DNA from: Candidatus Faecimonas gallistercoris
GTDB lineage: Bacteria > Bacillota_I > Bacilli_A > RF39 > UBA660
Direction of reading: 5' to 3'
Length of the DNA: 56,471 nucleotides
NCBI GenBank assembly: GCA_018712565.1
Contig: DVGU01000003.1
Span: 1 to 56,471, forward strand
Under the pieces are notes generated by a model. That model had not been told where the DNA came from. It made no database searches and saw only the letters and a program-made list of their open reading frames with translations. Both the position numbers and the translations under genes were made by a program. Of this stretch, positions 37,791 to 46,733 are shown in pieces; position 1 is the first letter of the stretch; the number at the start of each line of letters is the position of its first letter.

Positions 37791-38093
37791 TTACTTTACT
37801 TCAATATTTGCTGGATAATTTTTTCCAAGCTCTTTTAAAAGACTAACCATATTACCAATTAGTATCTGGGTTGTAGCATCTTCATTCTTAATATTTATTG
37901 TCATTCCCTTTTTACTAATCATATAACTTAGACTACCTTTATCTAATGCTAAAACACCATTTACTGTAGTTGTAACAATACTACTTGCTGCACTACATAC
38001 AATATCTTTTCCATACTCATCATATAAAGCATGTCCCAGTATTGTTATTTTTTTGTATTTAGCATGTGCTTTTTCTACTTTTACTTGAATCAT
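37791..38093 (-). CDS. Ribosomal-processing cysteine protease Prp
   Basis: 100 aa between rplU and rpm[21 protein letters not shown] carries the catalytic His/Cys pattern of the YsxB/Prp family. Confidence 0.85.
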   Translation of the reverse strand: MIQVKVEKAHAKYKKITILGHALYDEYGKDIVCSAASSIVTTTVNGVLALDKGSLSYMISKKGMTINIKNEDATTQILIGNMVSLLKELGKNYPANIEVK

Positions 38094-38095
38094 TT

Positions 38096-38398
38096 TTAAC
38101 CGTTGATTTTAGTAATTTGAATTTTTGTATAAGGTTGTCTATGTCCTTGTTTCTTACGGTTAGATCTGTCTTTTGATTTGTATTTGAAGACAGTTATTTT
38201 TCTTTGTTTACCGTTTTTGATAACTTTACCTTCTACAGTAACATTAGTAAGATAAGGACTTCCTATTTTACTATCAAGCATTAATACTTGGTCGAATTTA
38301 ACAACATCACCAGGATTTGCGTTTAATTTTTCTACAAAAATTTCACATCCTTCTGTTACGTAATATTGTTTTCCTCCAACTTTAATTACAGCATTCAT
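38096..38398 (-). CDS. rplU: 50S ribosomal protein L21
   Basis: MNAVIKVGGKQYYVTEG...VEGKVIKNGKQRKITVFKYKSKDRSNRKKQGHRQPYTKIQI. Start after GGAGG. Confidence 0.95.
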   Translation of the reverse strand: MNAVIKVGGKQYYVTEGCEIFVEKLNANPGDVVKFDQVLMLDSKIGSPYLTNVTVEGKVIKNGKQRKITVFKYKSKDRSNRKKQGHRQPYTKIQITKING

Positions 38399-38530
38399 TC
38401 GTATACCTCCTTTTTTTAACTTAAGACTCGCTCTTAAGGTACAAGATTTGCTTGTTTTTACCTTTTCAATGCGGTTTGAGCGTGAGGCGTCAAACATTTA
38501 AAGTATAGCATATCTGTCTATGGATGTCAA
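38399..38530 (-). promoter_or_regulatory. rplU promoter plus structured 5' leader (L21-leader-like)
   Basis: Minus strand has TTGACA (38525-38530), a 17-nt spacer, then TATACT (38502-38507). The about 100-nt leader has three hairpins: GTTTGA-cgcctcacgc-TCAAAC, GGTAaaaaCAAGcaaatCTTGTACC, and CTTAAG-agcgagt-CTTAAG. Confidence 0.55.
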
Positions 38531-38567
38531 ATTAGTGCGTGAGTCTATTCCTTTTTAGTAGAGTTTT

Positions 38568-40418
38568 TTATTTTGTTAGTTTCTTAATGGTTTCTATCTT
38601 ACTTGGTAATATAGGACGAGTTGGAAATAGCATTTGAGATATGGTTGGAGTTATCCCTTGGGATAGTAAAGACTCTTTTCTTTTTTTTACTTTATTTTTA
38701 GAAAAATAAATATCTTGATAAATATAAGTTCTTGGTGTTTCTTTTATATCTTCTTTAGAGATATGTAGTTGTTGTAGGGTTGAATCTTCTAATTTCTTTT
38801 CTATTATATAACTTTCTATTTTATTTGTTGGTACTATAAATTTGTCTGTATTTAATACAGCTCGTAATTGGTCATTTGTTACTGGAATATTTAATTGTTC
38901 TAATATTTTTAGTCTGTTTAATCTGCTTTTTTCATAACTTAACAATCCTAAATCAGACTCTAGTGCTTTTTCTAGACCTAATTCTAAGACTAGATTTATT
39001 TTTTCTTCTAAGTCAGCTGTTTCTAAAAAGGTATAATCTGTTGCGTTTTCTAATAATTCTTGCAACTGGTAGCTTTTTAAAGTTTGTAAGTTTATGCTTA
39101 GGGTTTTTGGTGTTATTAATAATGGATATTGATCTTTTGAAAAAATTTTGTAATCTGTATTTTTAGTTTCAAGATTATTTATATTTATTTTTATATTTTG
39201 AACTAGATTTTTGTCTTGTTCTAATATTTCTGGATGCATTACGATAGTTTTTTTCGATAAAATTTCTTCGGCTATTAAATCATTTATTTGATTGATATAT
39301 TCTTTTGAGGTATTTAGAATGATTTTTTTGATTGTTTGAGGGTTGGTGATTGTCATATTATTTATATTTTCTAATAAGTACTTTAAGTCGTTATAGGTAT
39401 AGTGTTGAGCTATCTTTTTGGAATCTAGATATTTTGAAAGATAATATTTTTCTAATAATCTTTGATATTTTAGAATAGAATTTTGAGATAATGATTGATA
39501 TTCTTGATTTAGACGATTGTAATATACTTTGTTGTGTTCATAAATATATTTTAATATTTTGATACGTAACTCTTGCTTAGGTATTGCACTTATAAATTTT
39601 TCATAATCTGTGATTTCTTCTTGATTACTCGTTTGTTTAATTGTATTAATTAACCGGTTATATCTATCAATAATATGTTTTTCGGCAGTCTGGGTGTTTT
39701 TTTCTTTTTGTTTTATTATTTTATAATATTTAATAATTTTCCGGCAGTGAGATTCTAATTTTTTAATTGCAAAATCTTTTTTTAGGGTATCTATAATAAT
39801 TTTATTTTTGTCAAAAGCTGTTAATGGTATTTTGTTATTTGCTATCATTAAGTCTATTTCTAATTGTTTTTTTCTTTCACTTATCATTTTTAGTCCATAG
39901 GCAAAAATTAAAGTATCATTCCATACTTCATTATTCTTGGCAAATTCATGAACAAATTCCATTAATTTTCCATCTTGTTGTTTTACCATGGTTTCTACAC
40001 CATTCATCATTGTTTCATCGAAATCATTTTTTTCAACAAGTCTATATAAAAAGTAATTTCTCTTGGTAATATTTTTTTCTTCTAAGAATCTACGAATTAT
40101 AGGATATACTTTAGGACTTGCTAGATAGTACATCGTTTTTCTAGTATGGTTAATATTTTCGAAAGATGTTTCATCAAAAAAAGTTCGTAAATAACTAGCG
40201 ATTTTTTGTAATTCTTCGAATGAATAAGTTTTAATTTGACTTCTTACATAGGCAATTATAAAATCTTTTATTTTTATGTTTGTATAAGTTATAGGATTGG
40301 AGAAGTCTTTATTTTTTAAAAATTGTTCATAAAACTGTAGTTCAGGACTGGTTTGTTTGTACTTTTTTGTGACTTTTTCTTTTTCTTTTCTTATTTCTTC
40401 AATAATTTCTTCTTGCAC
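38568..40418 (-). CDS. Module copy 1, protein B1: 616-aa predicted helical protein of unknown function (paralog of 41871-43706)
   Basis: Aligns end to end with B2. Shared blocks are ITDYEKF/ITSYHF...L(R)(I/M)..LKYIY.HN..YY..L...Y..LS.NS, LELG...LGLL.YE..R..RL.ILEQLNIPV, and KEDIKETPRTYIYQ(D/G)IYFSKNK. It uses a GTG start at the position homologous to the B2 ATG and overlaps the A1 stop by 28 nt. Confidence 0.6.
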   Translation of the reverse strand: MQEEIIEEIRKEKEKVTKKYKQTSPELQFYEQFLKNKDFSNPITYTNIKIKDFIIAYVRSQIKTYSFEELQKIASYLRTFFDETSFENINHTRKTMYYLASPKVYPIIRRFLEEKNITKRNYFLYRLVEKNDFDETMMNGVETMVKQQDGKLMEFVHEFAKNNEVWNDTLIFAYGLKMISERKKQLEIDLMIANNKIPLTAFDKNKIIIDTLKKDFAIKKLESHCRKIIKYYKIIKQKEKNTQTAEKHIIDRYNRLINTIKQTSNQEEITDYEKFISAIPKQELRIKILKYIYEHNKVYYNRLNQEYQSLSQNSILKYQRLLEKYYLSKYLDSKKIAQHYTYNDLKYLLENINNMTITNPQTIKKIILNTSKEYINQINDLIAEEILSKKTIVMHPEILEQDKNLVQNIKININNLETKNTDYKIFSKDQYPLLITPKTLSINLQTLKSYQLQELLENATDYTFLETADLEEKINLVLELGLEKALESDLGLLSYEKSRLNRLKILEQLNIPVTNDQLRAVLNTDKFIVPTNKIESYIIEKKLEDSTLQQLHISKEDIKETPRTYIYQDIYFSKNKVKKRKESLLSQGITPTISQMLFPTRPILPSKIETIKKLTK

Positions 40419-41380
40419 TCTTGATCACTGCCCTTTCTTTTTTCTCCTCGCAATAAGCTCCATACTTCTTGTCCTTTTTTCTCATTATATTGTCTAAATT
40501 CTTTGTTTTCTAAATTTGCTAATAGTATTGGTCTTAGACTTTTATAATCACTACTTTTTCTTTCTAATTGTTCTTGAGAACCTTTGTTATTCGTTACTTT
40601 TTTTGTAAATGCGGAAATTATGACATATGTATTTGGAGTAATACCATCATAGAGTATTCTTATTCCAAGACTAATATCTCGTACCTCACTAAGTCCTCCT
40701 GTTTTGTGATTACCTGCTCTAAAGCGTTTTACATTTTTAAATGTTCCCTCTTGTATGGAGGTTAGTAAAGCTAAAAAGCCTTCATAATACTCTCTGGGTA
40801 TTGATTTTAAATCTTCTAGTATTCTTATTTTTTCGGTTGATTTTGGTAGAAAAATTAACTTATTTTTTGACGGATGATCTATTTGGTGCTTATCTTTTTT
40901 TTCTAGTTTTTGATTAATTACATTTATTTTTAATTCTTCTTGAAGTAATTCTTGTTTAAAAAAAGTTAAATCTTCATTATCTAAATTATCTAATTCTGTT
41001 TCTATAAAATCTTTTATTTCATAGATATTTTTTTGAAATTCTAATTTTAGACGAAATAAAATTTTTTTATAATTATGTTTCTTTGAAGATGGTAGTAGTT
41101 GATTTATTTTTGACTCTGTAACATTTCTTTCTAGGGCATTTAGGGGTGATAGATAATAATCTATTTCATCTTCAAATATACTTTCTGTTTCTTCTTCTAG
41201 TGATGAATGGGGCGTTTCTTTTTTTATTTCTCGTGGTTGTTCGGATGTTATTTTTTTTATTTTTTTTAATTCTTCTATGCTGTATTTCATAGATATAGAT
41301 ATGCGATGATTATTTTTTAATATTACTAGTATTTCCTCCTCTGTTAAATCTTCTTTATTTAAGGATTGATAAGTTAACAT
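40391..41380 (-). CDS. Module copy 1, protein A1: 329 aa, acidic N-terminal half plus HigB/Gp49 (RelE/ParE-superfamily)-like C-terminal domain
   Basis: C-terminal LIFLPKSTEKIRILEDLKSIPREYYEGFLALLTSIQEGTFKNVKRFRAGNHKTGGLSEVRDISLGIRILYDGITPNTYVIISAFTKKVTNNKG follows the Gp49/HigB pattern (..L..lp......f......l.......k.l.g.l.ElR....g.R.ly......vvil.aF.KK....). Paralog of 43691-44680. Confidence 0.55.
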   Translation of the reverse strand: MLTYQSLNKEDLTEEEILVILKNNHRISISMKYSIEELKKIKKITSEQPREIKKETPHSSLEEETESIFEDEIDYYLSPLNALERNVTESKINQLLPSSKKHNYKKILFRLKLEFQKNIYEIKDFIETELDNLDNEDLTFFKQELLQEELKINVINQKLEKKDKHQIDHPSKNKLIFLPKSTEKIRILEDLKSIPREYYEGFLALLTSIQEGTFKNVKRFRAGNHKTGGLSEVRDISLGIRILYDGITPNTYVIISAFTKKVTNNKGSQEQLERKSSDYKSLRPILLANLENKEFRQYNEKKGQEVWSLLRGEKRKGSDQECKKKLLKK

Positions 41381-41405
41381 TGGGATCCCCCCTTTAGGTG
41401 TTGTT

Positions 41406-41434
41406 ATTGTATCACAACTTTATGTATTTTACAA
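41406..41434 (-). promoter_or_regulatory. SigmaA-type promoter for module copy 1, directly downstream of the IS right end
   Basis: Minus strand has TTGTAA (41429-41434), a 17-nt spacer, then TG-extended TACAAT (41406-41411). It lies 25 nt upstream of the A1 RBS region. Confidence 0.45.
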
Positions 41435-41440
41435 TTTATA

Positions 41441-41845
41441 GAACAAAAGAATTAAGTAAACTTAAGTCACCTTGATCGTCACCTTTCAAGTTTCCTGCTT
41501 CATAGACTAGGTATCCCTACTTCGTGATTGCTTAACATCCGATAGTCGCTACCGTAGTTTTCTTTTGTCTTTTACTTTTTCTATTTTAATTCTATCATAT
41601 ATTTCTTTTAAAAAGGGGTGTTCTACTTGTAAGTTTTTTAAATCTTTTATCATATCAAAACAAGATAAAGAACTTTTTTCTCTTCATAAAGAGTTTTATT
41701 TTTATTCAAATAATGATTATAAACAAATCTAGTACAACCAAATGTTTTGTGAATTACCTCTACTTGATTAGTTGTAGGATACAAACGAAACCGATAAGAT
41801 CTATTGTTCGTATGTCAACTGTTTTTTATCAAGTTTTCAAATTCC
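41441..41845 (-). mobile_element. Miniature, internally deleted IS200/IS605-family element (tnpB 5' remnant + 3' end + RE/omega-RNA scaffold)
   Basis: Left-end motif aatttgaaaacttgataaaaaacagtt (41817-41843). TnpB N-terminal remnant without a start codon: YRFRLYPTTNQVEVIHKTFGCTRFVYNHYLNK. A deletion follows. The last codons are ..KKYMIELK*. The about 140-nt tail is near-identical to 56097-56237 and ends gaacaaaagaattaagtaaa. Confidence 0.7.
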
Positions 41846-41870
41846 TTATAAATAAAAAGACATATCTTAG

Positions 41871-43706
41871 TTATTTTTTCTTTTGATATGTCTTCATTAA
41901 TATTTGTTGTTGACTATAGGTAAACTTTCTATCTAATAAGAACGTCTTGGTTAGTGATGGTACAACTTGTTCTTGTTCTAAAGTCATAAAATTATTTTTT
42001 ATTTTATTTTTAGAAAAGTAGATTCCTTGATAGATATAAGTTCTTGGTGTTTCTTTTATATCTTCTTTTTCTATTGTAACCTGTTTTGGAGTAATACTTG
42101 ATACTGATATGTAATCTTCTAGTTTTTCATCTGGTACAAAAAAGCTATTTGTATGTAATAGTCCTTCTAATTCATTATCTTCTACTGGAATATTTAATTG
42201 CTCTAATATCTGTAGTCTCATCCATCTTTTTTGTTCATAATTTAATAGACCTAAATTATGAACTAGACTATCTTCTCTTCCTAATTCTAATATGTTATCT
42301 ATTTTATTTTCTAATTCTTCTTCTGTTAAGAAATCATAATTAGTTGTTGTTGTAATAGAAGGTAATAAATTATATTTTTTTAATATTGCTAGATTTTCTT
42401 TTAAACTATCTTCTGGTAGTAAAACTACTTCATTTTTTCTTCGATATAAATTTCTATTACCAGTGATTTCTTCTATAGTTTTTATATTTTGTTTTATTCT
42501 ATCTACATAGTTTTTAGTTTTATCCCAGCAATCTATATTATTTTTTATAGTATCTATTGTTATATATCCTTGATCGATTAGTTTTAGTATTTCATCAACA
42601 GTATTTACAGTAGTCATTTTTATAATTGTTGATAGTATTTCTGGACTTGTTATACTAATATTTTTTAAAGTTTTTAAAGTATTTTCTAAGTCTTGATAGG
42701 TATAATTATTCATGATTTCCTTTATATCTATATTTATTAGATTATATCTTTGTGTTAGCTCTTGAAAATTTAGAAGAGAATTTTTAGATAGTGTTTCATA
42801 TTTTTGTTCTAATTGTTGATAGTATTTTTGATTATGACTATAGATATATTTTAATACATCCATCCGTAAGGCATCATCTCTAATCTTGGAAGCAAGGAAA
42901 TGATAACTTGTAATTTCTTCTTCTGGATGAGATAGTTTTTCTATTATATAGTTATAGTTTTTAATATCTTTTTTGGTTGTTTGTTTTCTATCTTTTTCTG
43001 ACTTTTTTAATCTTTCATAATATTTATATATATTTTGGCAAGTAGATTGTATTTCTTCTGAATCATATTCTTCATTGAATCGAGATTGAATTGATGTTTT
43101 AGAAGAAAATAAAGAGGTTTTATTTTTTGGTTGATATCCTAAGGATAGTAGATATGCTTTTTGTTCACATATTTTTTTAATAAATCCTATCATTAATAAA
43201 GAGTATCCCCAGGTATCAGAATCCTTTTCATATAGTAGAAGAAAATCTTGGAGTTTTTTATTATCTTTTAGTAGACTTAATCCTGTTTTTAGCATCTCAT
43301 CATCACTTGTATATAAAATTAGTTGGCTTAAAGCGTTTTTTCTATCGTCTTCTTCTAATGTTAAAATTGCTTTTATTCCGTAATATATTTCTGGATTATC
43401 AGGATTAGTTACTTCATCTATTGTTTCTAGTAATGATTGTGTTTCTGTTGAGGTAAGTGGTTGTAGTACTGGGTATATTGAATCTATGATTTCAGTTAGT
43501 TCCTCAAATGTATAAGATGTATTATAACTTTTTACATAGGCTAGTAAAAAGTTTTTTAAGTTTATTTGGTCGTAGTTTTCAAAATCGGTTAGGTCAAGAT
43601 TATCTAACAATTCTTTAAAGAAGGTAATTTCTTCTGATTGGTTAACAAGAGAGGTTTCTAGTTTTTTTATTTGTTGATTTATTTTTTTGATTATTTCGTT
43701 TTGCAT
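41871..43706 (-). CDS. Module copy 2, protein B2: 611-aa predicted helical protein of unknown function (paralog of 38568-40418)
   Basis: ATG preceded by AGGAGG. Overlaps the A2 stop by 16 nt. Colinear with B1 along its whole length. Confidence 0.6.
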   Translation of the reverse strand: MQNEIIKKINQQIKKLETSLVNQSEEITFFKELLDNLDLTDFENYDQINLKNFLLAYVKSYNTSYTFEELTEIIDSIYPVLQPLTSTETQSLLETIDEVTNPDNPEIYYGIKAILTLEEDDRKNALSQLILYTSDDEMLKTGLSLLKDNKKLQDFLLLYEKDSDTWGYSLLMIGFIKKICEQKAYLLSLGYQPKNKTSLFSSKTSIQSRFNEEYDSEEIQSTCQNIYKYYERLKKSEKDRKQTTKKDIKNYNYIIEKLSHPEEEITSYHFLASKIRDDALRMDVLKYIYSHNQKYYQQLEQKYETLSKNSLLNFQELTQRYNLINIDIKEIMNNYTYQDLENTLKTLKNISITSPEILSTIIKMTTVNTVDEILKLIDQGYITIDTIKNNIDCWDKTKNYVDRIKQNIKTIEEITGNRNLYRRKNEVVLLPEDSLKENLAILKKYNLLPSITTTTNYDFLTEEELENKIDNILELGREDSLVHNLGLLNYEQKRWMRLQILEQLNIPVEDNELEGLLHTNSFFVPDEKLEDYISVSSITPKQVTIEKEDIKETPRTYIYQGIYFSKNKIKNNFMTLEQEQVVPSLTKTFLLDRKFTYSQQQILMKTYQKKK

Positions 43707-44680
43707 TTGATGCCTCCTGTCGATGTTGTTTTATGATTTTTTAATGTATTATATAGTTCTGTTTCGTATTCTTGTTGTTGTCCCATAAACTCAGCATTGT
43801 CTAAATTTTCTTTAATCGCTGGTAACATATTCTTATAATTTAATGTTTTATTCGTTAATTGATTTTGATACCCTTTATTATGGGATGTTTTTTTCATAAA
43901 GGCTGTAATTATGGCATAAGTATCTAGACCTATTCTATCAAAGATTACTCTTGCTCCTGTTGATATATCTCTTACTTCACTGATACCACTCATTTTTTTA
44001 TCTACACGACTAAATCTTTTTACATTTTTAAAAGTATTATTTTTAATTGATTCAATCAGTTCTAAAAAACTAGGATAATGTTCTTTTGAAATATTTTGGA
44101 GTTCTTCTAATATGCGAATATTTCCTCCAGAAGTTGGAACAAAAACTAATTTATTTTTTATTTCTTCTTCCTTGGTGTTATCATTTGTTAATACTTGATC
44201 TATAGCATTGATTTTTCTTCGTTCTATTAATTTTTCTTGTTTTAAATACTCTGCTTCACTCTCTTTTAAGGAAGGGAGTTCTAGTAAGAGGTCGTGGATG
44301 CTTTCTAATGATTTTATAGCTTCTAGTTTTAAACGAAATAATAGATTTTGATAATTACTATTTTTTTTGGATGGTAAAAGACGTATAATTTCTTCATCTT
44401 CCATTTCGATAGTAACACTTCCTAAGCTATTTAGATAGAAATCCACTTCATCTTCAAAAGAATATTCTTCTGTTTCTTCTTCACTATCGTTTGTTAGGTG
44501 TATTTCTTCTGATTGGGTCTTTATATATTTTTCTTGTTTTGTTTTCTTGGCTATTTCTTCTAATTGTTTTGTTTTTAATTTTATGTTTATGGCATGTTGT
44601 TTATTTTTATCTAACACATCCATTAATTCTTGTTCTGTTATGTTATCTAAATCGATAAATTCAAATGATGTCTTTAACAT
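43691..44680 (-). CDS. Module copy 2, protein A2: 329 aa, acidic N-terminal half plus HigB/Gp49-like C-terminal domain
   Basis: LVFVPTSGGNIRILEELQNISKEHYPSFLELIESIKNNTFKNVKRFSRVDKKMSGISEVRDISTGARVIFDRIGLDTYAIITAFMKKTSHNKG. Shares FEDE(I/V)D(Y/F)YL and LLPS.K..NY..(I/L)LFRLKLE with A1. AGGAGG RBS 24 nt after the helicase stop. Confidence 0.55.
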   Translation of the reverse strand: MLKTSFEFIDLDNITEQELMDVLDKNKQHAINIKLKTKQLEEIAKKTKQEKYIKTQSEEIHLTNDSEEETEEYSFEDEVDFYLNSLGSVTIEMEDEEIIRLLPSKKNSNYQNLLFRLKLEAIKSLESIHDLLLELPSLKESEAEYLKQEKLIERRKINAIDQVLTNDNTKEEEIKNKLVFVPTSGGNIRILEELQNISKEHYPSFLELIESIKNNTFKNVKRFSRVDKKMSGISEVRDISTGARVIFDRIGLDTYAIITAFMKKTSHNKGYQNQLTNKTLNYKNMLPAIKENLDNAEFMGQQQEYETELYNTLKNHKTTSTGGIKCKTK

Positions 44681-44704
44681 ATAAAGCCTCCTTTTTCTAT
44701 TTTA

Positions 44705-46705
44705 TTATCTTAGTGTTTTCGTTTTTTGTGAGTTATTATGATTTAATTTTTCCTTGGTAAAGACTGTTACATCTTCTATAGAATTAGTTACGTTAGAGAA
44801 TGGAAGAGAGTCGATAACTGATTCTTTATAGTCTGTTATTCTAGAGTCTAATATTGATACTATTCCTTTATCGGACTCACTTCTAATTAGTCTTCCTGCT
44901 CCTTGTTTTAACTTTAATAACATTTCTGGTAAATAAACTTCCTTAAATCCATTTTTATAATTTGATGCTTTTTCTTCGATGATTGGCTCTACAATTGGAA
45001 ATGGTAGTTTTGTGATAATTACTTGTTCTAATGATTCTCCTTTAATATCAATTCCTTCCCAGAAAGAACCTGTTGCTAATAACACAGAGGTAGTATCTTC
45101 TTTAAATTCTTCTTTCAATATCTCAGCATTTTTACCATCTTCTTGTACTAAGATATTAAAATCATGATTTGATTTTTGCAATCTTTTATATACTTCTCTC
45201 ATATCTTGCTTTGATGTAAATAAAACTAGGCTTCTACCTCCGGTTGCCTCTACTAATTCATCTACTTTTGTAGCTAGAGAATCTAGGTATAATTGATGAT
45301 CTTTACTTTTAGGATTAACTACATCTGTTGCACAATAAAGAAGTGCATTTTCATCGTAATTATATGGAGAAGGCTGACTAAATTCTTGAAAGAGAGGTTG
45401 TCCTATTATTTGATCTAGACCTAACCCTTTTATAAAGTAACTATAATCGTCTTTTTTTGTAGTAAGGGTTGCTGAGGTAAAAACTTTTCCGTAGTTAGAA
45501 TTACTTAATAATTGGCGAGCAATTTCAGCTGTGTTTTTCGGTACATAATTTAGTTCAATATGTTCTTTCGTGTTTGATAAAAATTGTGCCCAGTAAATAT
45601 TTTTGCTATCCTCTGATATTAAATCTGAAAATATAACTCTCATTTCTTTTAAATTACTTATTTGTCTTAATAAGCTTCTACTTGTACTTGGATAGCTTCT
45701 AGCATTTACTTCTAAATCATATAACTGTTCTATTAACTCTTCTACTGTCTCTTTTATTTTTGGAGTACAAGTAAAACCACTGGCTTCTTTATCTAAAATA
45801 TCTACCTCTTCCTGAGCAGACTTTCTATATTCTCTTTTCGCCTTGGTACTTATCATACGAAACACATGATTAATTGAGTCTATTAACGGTAAGTTATCCT
45901 CTATAGGAATGTCCATTTGATTATAAATATTATAAATTAGTGATTCCAAAGCTGGTTTTGAGATTGTTTTTTTATAAGCATTCGTTATTTTTTCTAACAG
46001 TGTATGTGCTTCATCTACAATTAATATTGATGGATCGTTTACTAATTTATCTTCACTATCTCTTTGTAATATATTTACTAATAAATCATGATTACAAATA
46101 ATATTTTTACTTTCTTTCCATTGCTTTCTAGTCGATATAAATTTACAATCATTTTGGTGTAGACAATTAGTACAGTTGGCCATATCTACATTAATTTTTT
46201 TCCATATTTTTGAAGGAAGCTCCTCATAGTCTTTTTTATCCATTTTTCCTTGTTTGGCTTTTTGTCTTAAATATTGATATTTCCTCTTACTATCTTTAAA
46301 TTTTAAAAAGTTGTCTAATCTTTTTTGACATAAATAATTGTTTTTTCCTTTTGCAACTGTAACATTAATATCAATTCCTAATAATTCTGATACTTTGTTT
46401 ACTTCTTGTTCTAGTTGTTCTTCTAGAGCGATTGAAGATGTAGAAATTAAAAATCCATTAAATTTTTCTTTATTTTTACTAGCAGATATTAATGGAATTA
46501 AATAAGCCCAGGATTTTCCTATTCCTACACCTGCTTCTATTACTAATATTTCTTTATTTTCAATAATATCAAAGATATCATAACTCATTATATCTTGTCC
46601 AGGACGGTCTTTTATCTTTTTTTGTCCTTTTAACTTTTCAAAAAAATTATCGATATTGTCATATAGTTCTTGATTGAACTCTTCTTTTTGCCTCCATATA
46701 CTCAT
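44705..46705 (-). CDS. DinG/XPD (Rad3)-family Fe-S DNA helicase, no exonuclease domain
   Basis: Motif I EAGVGIGKSWAYLIP, DEAH box ILIVDEAHTL, four Cys between motifs Ia and II (NYLCQKR; ANCTNCLHQNDCKF), ATGSFWEGIDIKG, motif VI QGAGRLIRSESDKG. Start MSIWRQ after AAAGGGGAAG. Confidence 0.85.
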   Translation of the reverse strand: MSIWRQKEEFNQELYDNIDNFFEKLKGQKKIKDRPGQDIMSYDIFDIIENKEILVIEAGVGIGKSWAYLIPLISASKNKEKFNGFLISTSSIALEEQLEQEVNKVSELLGIDINVTVAKGKNNYLCQKRLDNFLKFKDSKRKYQYLRQKAKQGKMDKKDYEELPSKIWKKINVDMANCTNCLHQNDCKFISTRKQWKESKNIICNHDLLVNILQRDSEDKLVNDPSILIVDEAHTLLEKITNAYKKTISKPALESLIYNIYNQMDIPIEDNLPLIDSINHVFRMISTKAKREYRKSAQEEVDILDKEASGFTCTPKIKETVEELIEQLYDLEVNARSYPSTSRSLLRQISNLKEMRVIFSDLISEDSKNIYWAQFLSNTKEHIELNYVPKNTAEIARQLLSNSNYGKVFTSATLTTKKDDYSYFIKGLGLDQIIGQPLFQEFSQPSPYNYDENALLYCATDVVNPKSKDHQLYLDSLATKVDELVEATGGRSLVLFTSKQDMREVYKRLQKSNHDFNILVQEDGKNAEILKEEFKEDTTSVLLATGSFWEGIDIKGESLEQVIITKLPFPIVEPIIEEKASNYKNGFKEVYLPEMLLKLKQGAGRLIRSESDKGIVSILDSRITDYKESVIDSLPFSNVTNSIEDVTVFTKEKLNHNNSQKTKTLR

Positions 46706-46733
46706 ACTTACTTCCCCTTTCCATTGTTGGCAT

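Noticed and set aside
38568-40418. The helical repeats in the C-terminal third of B (LELG...LGLL.YE...L.ILEQLNIPV) looked reminiscent of mTERF-type or other helical-repeat nucleic-acid binders.
   Set aside because: The resemblance is only a loose leucine/glycine spacing seen by eye in a K/N/I/E-biased protein. Without a profile or structure search I cannot support any family assignment, so B is left as unknown.
35131-41845. Two same-orientation IS605 right ends bracketing rplU-prp-rpmA and module copy 1, read as a composite transposon.
   Set aside because: IS200/IS605 elements move as single-stranded LE-to-RE units and do not form composite transposons. The 35131 copy has no left end. The enclosed genes include essential ribosomal genes in conserved order.
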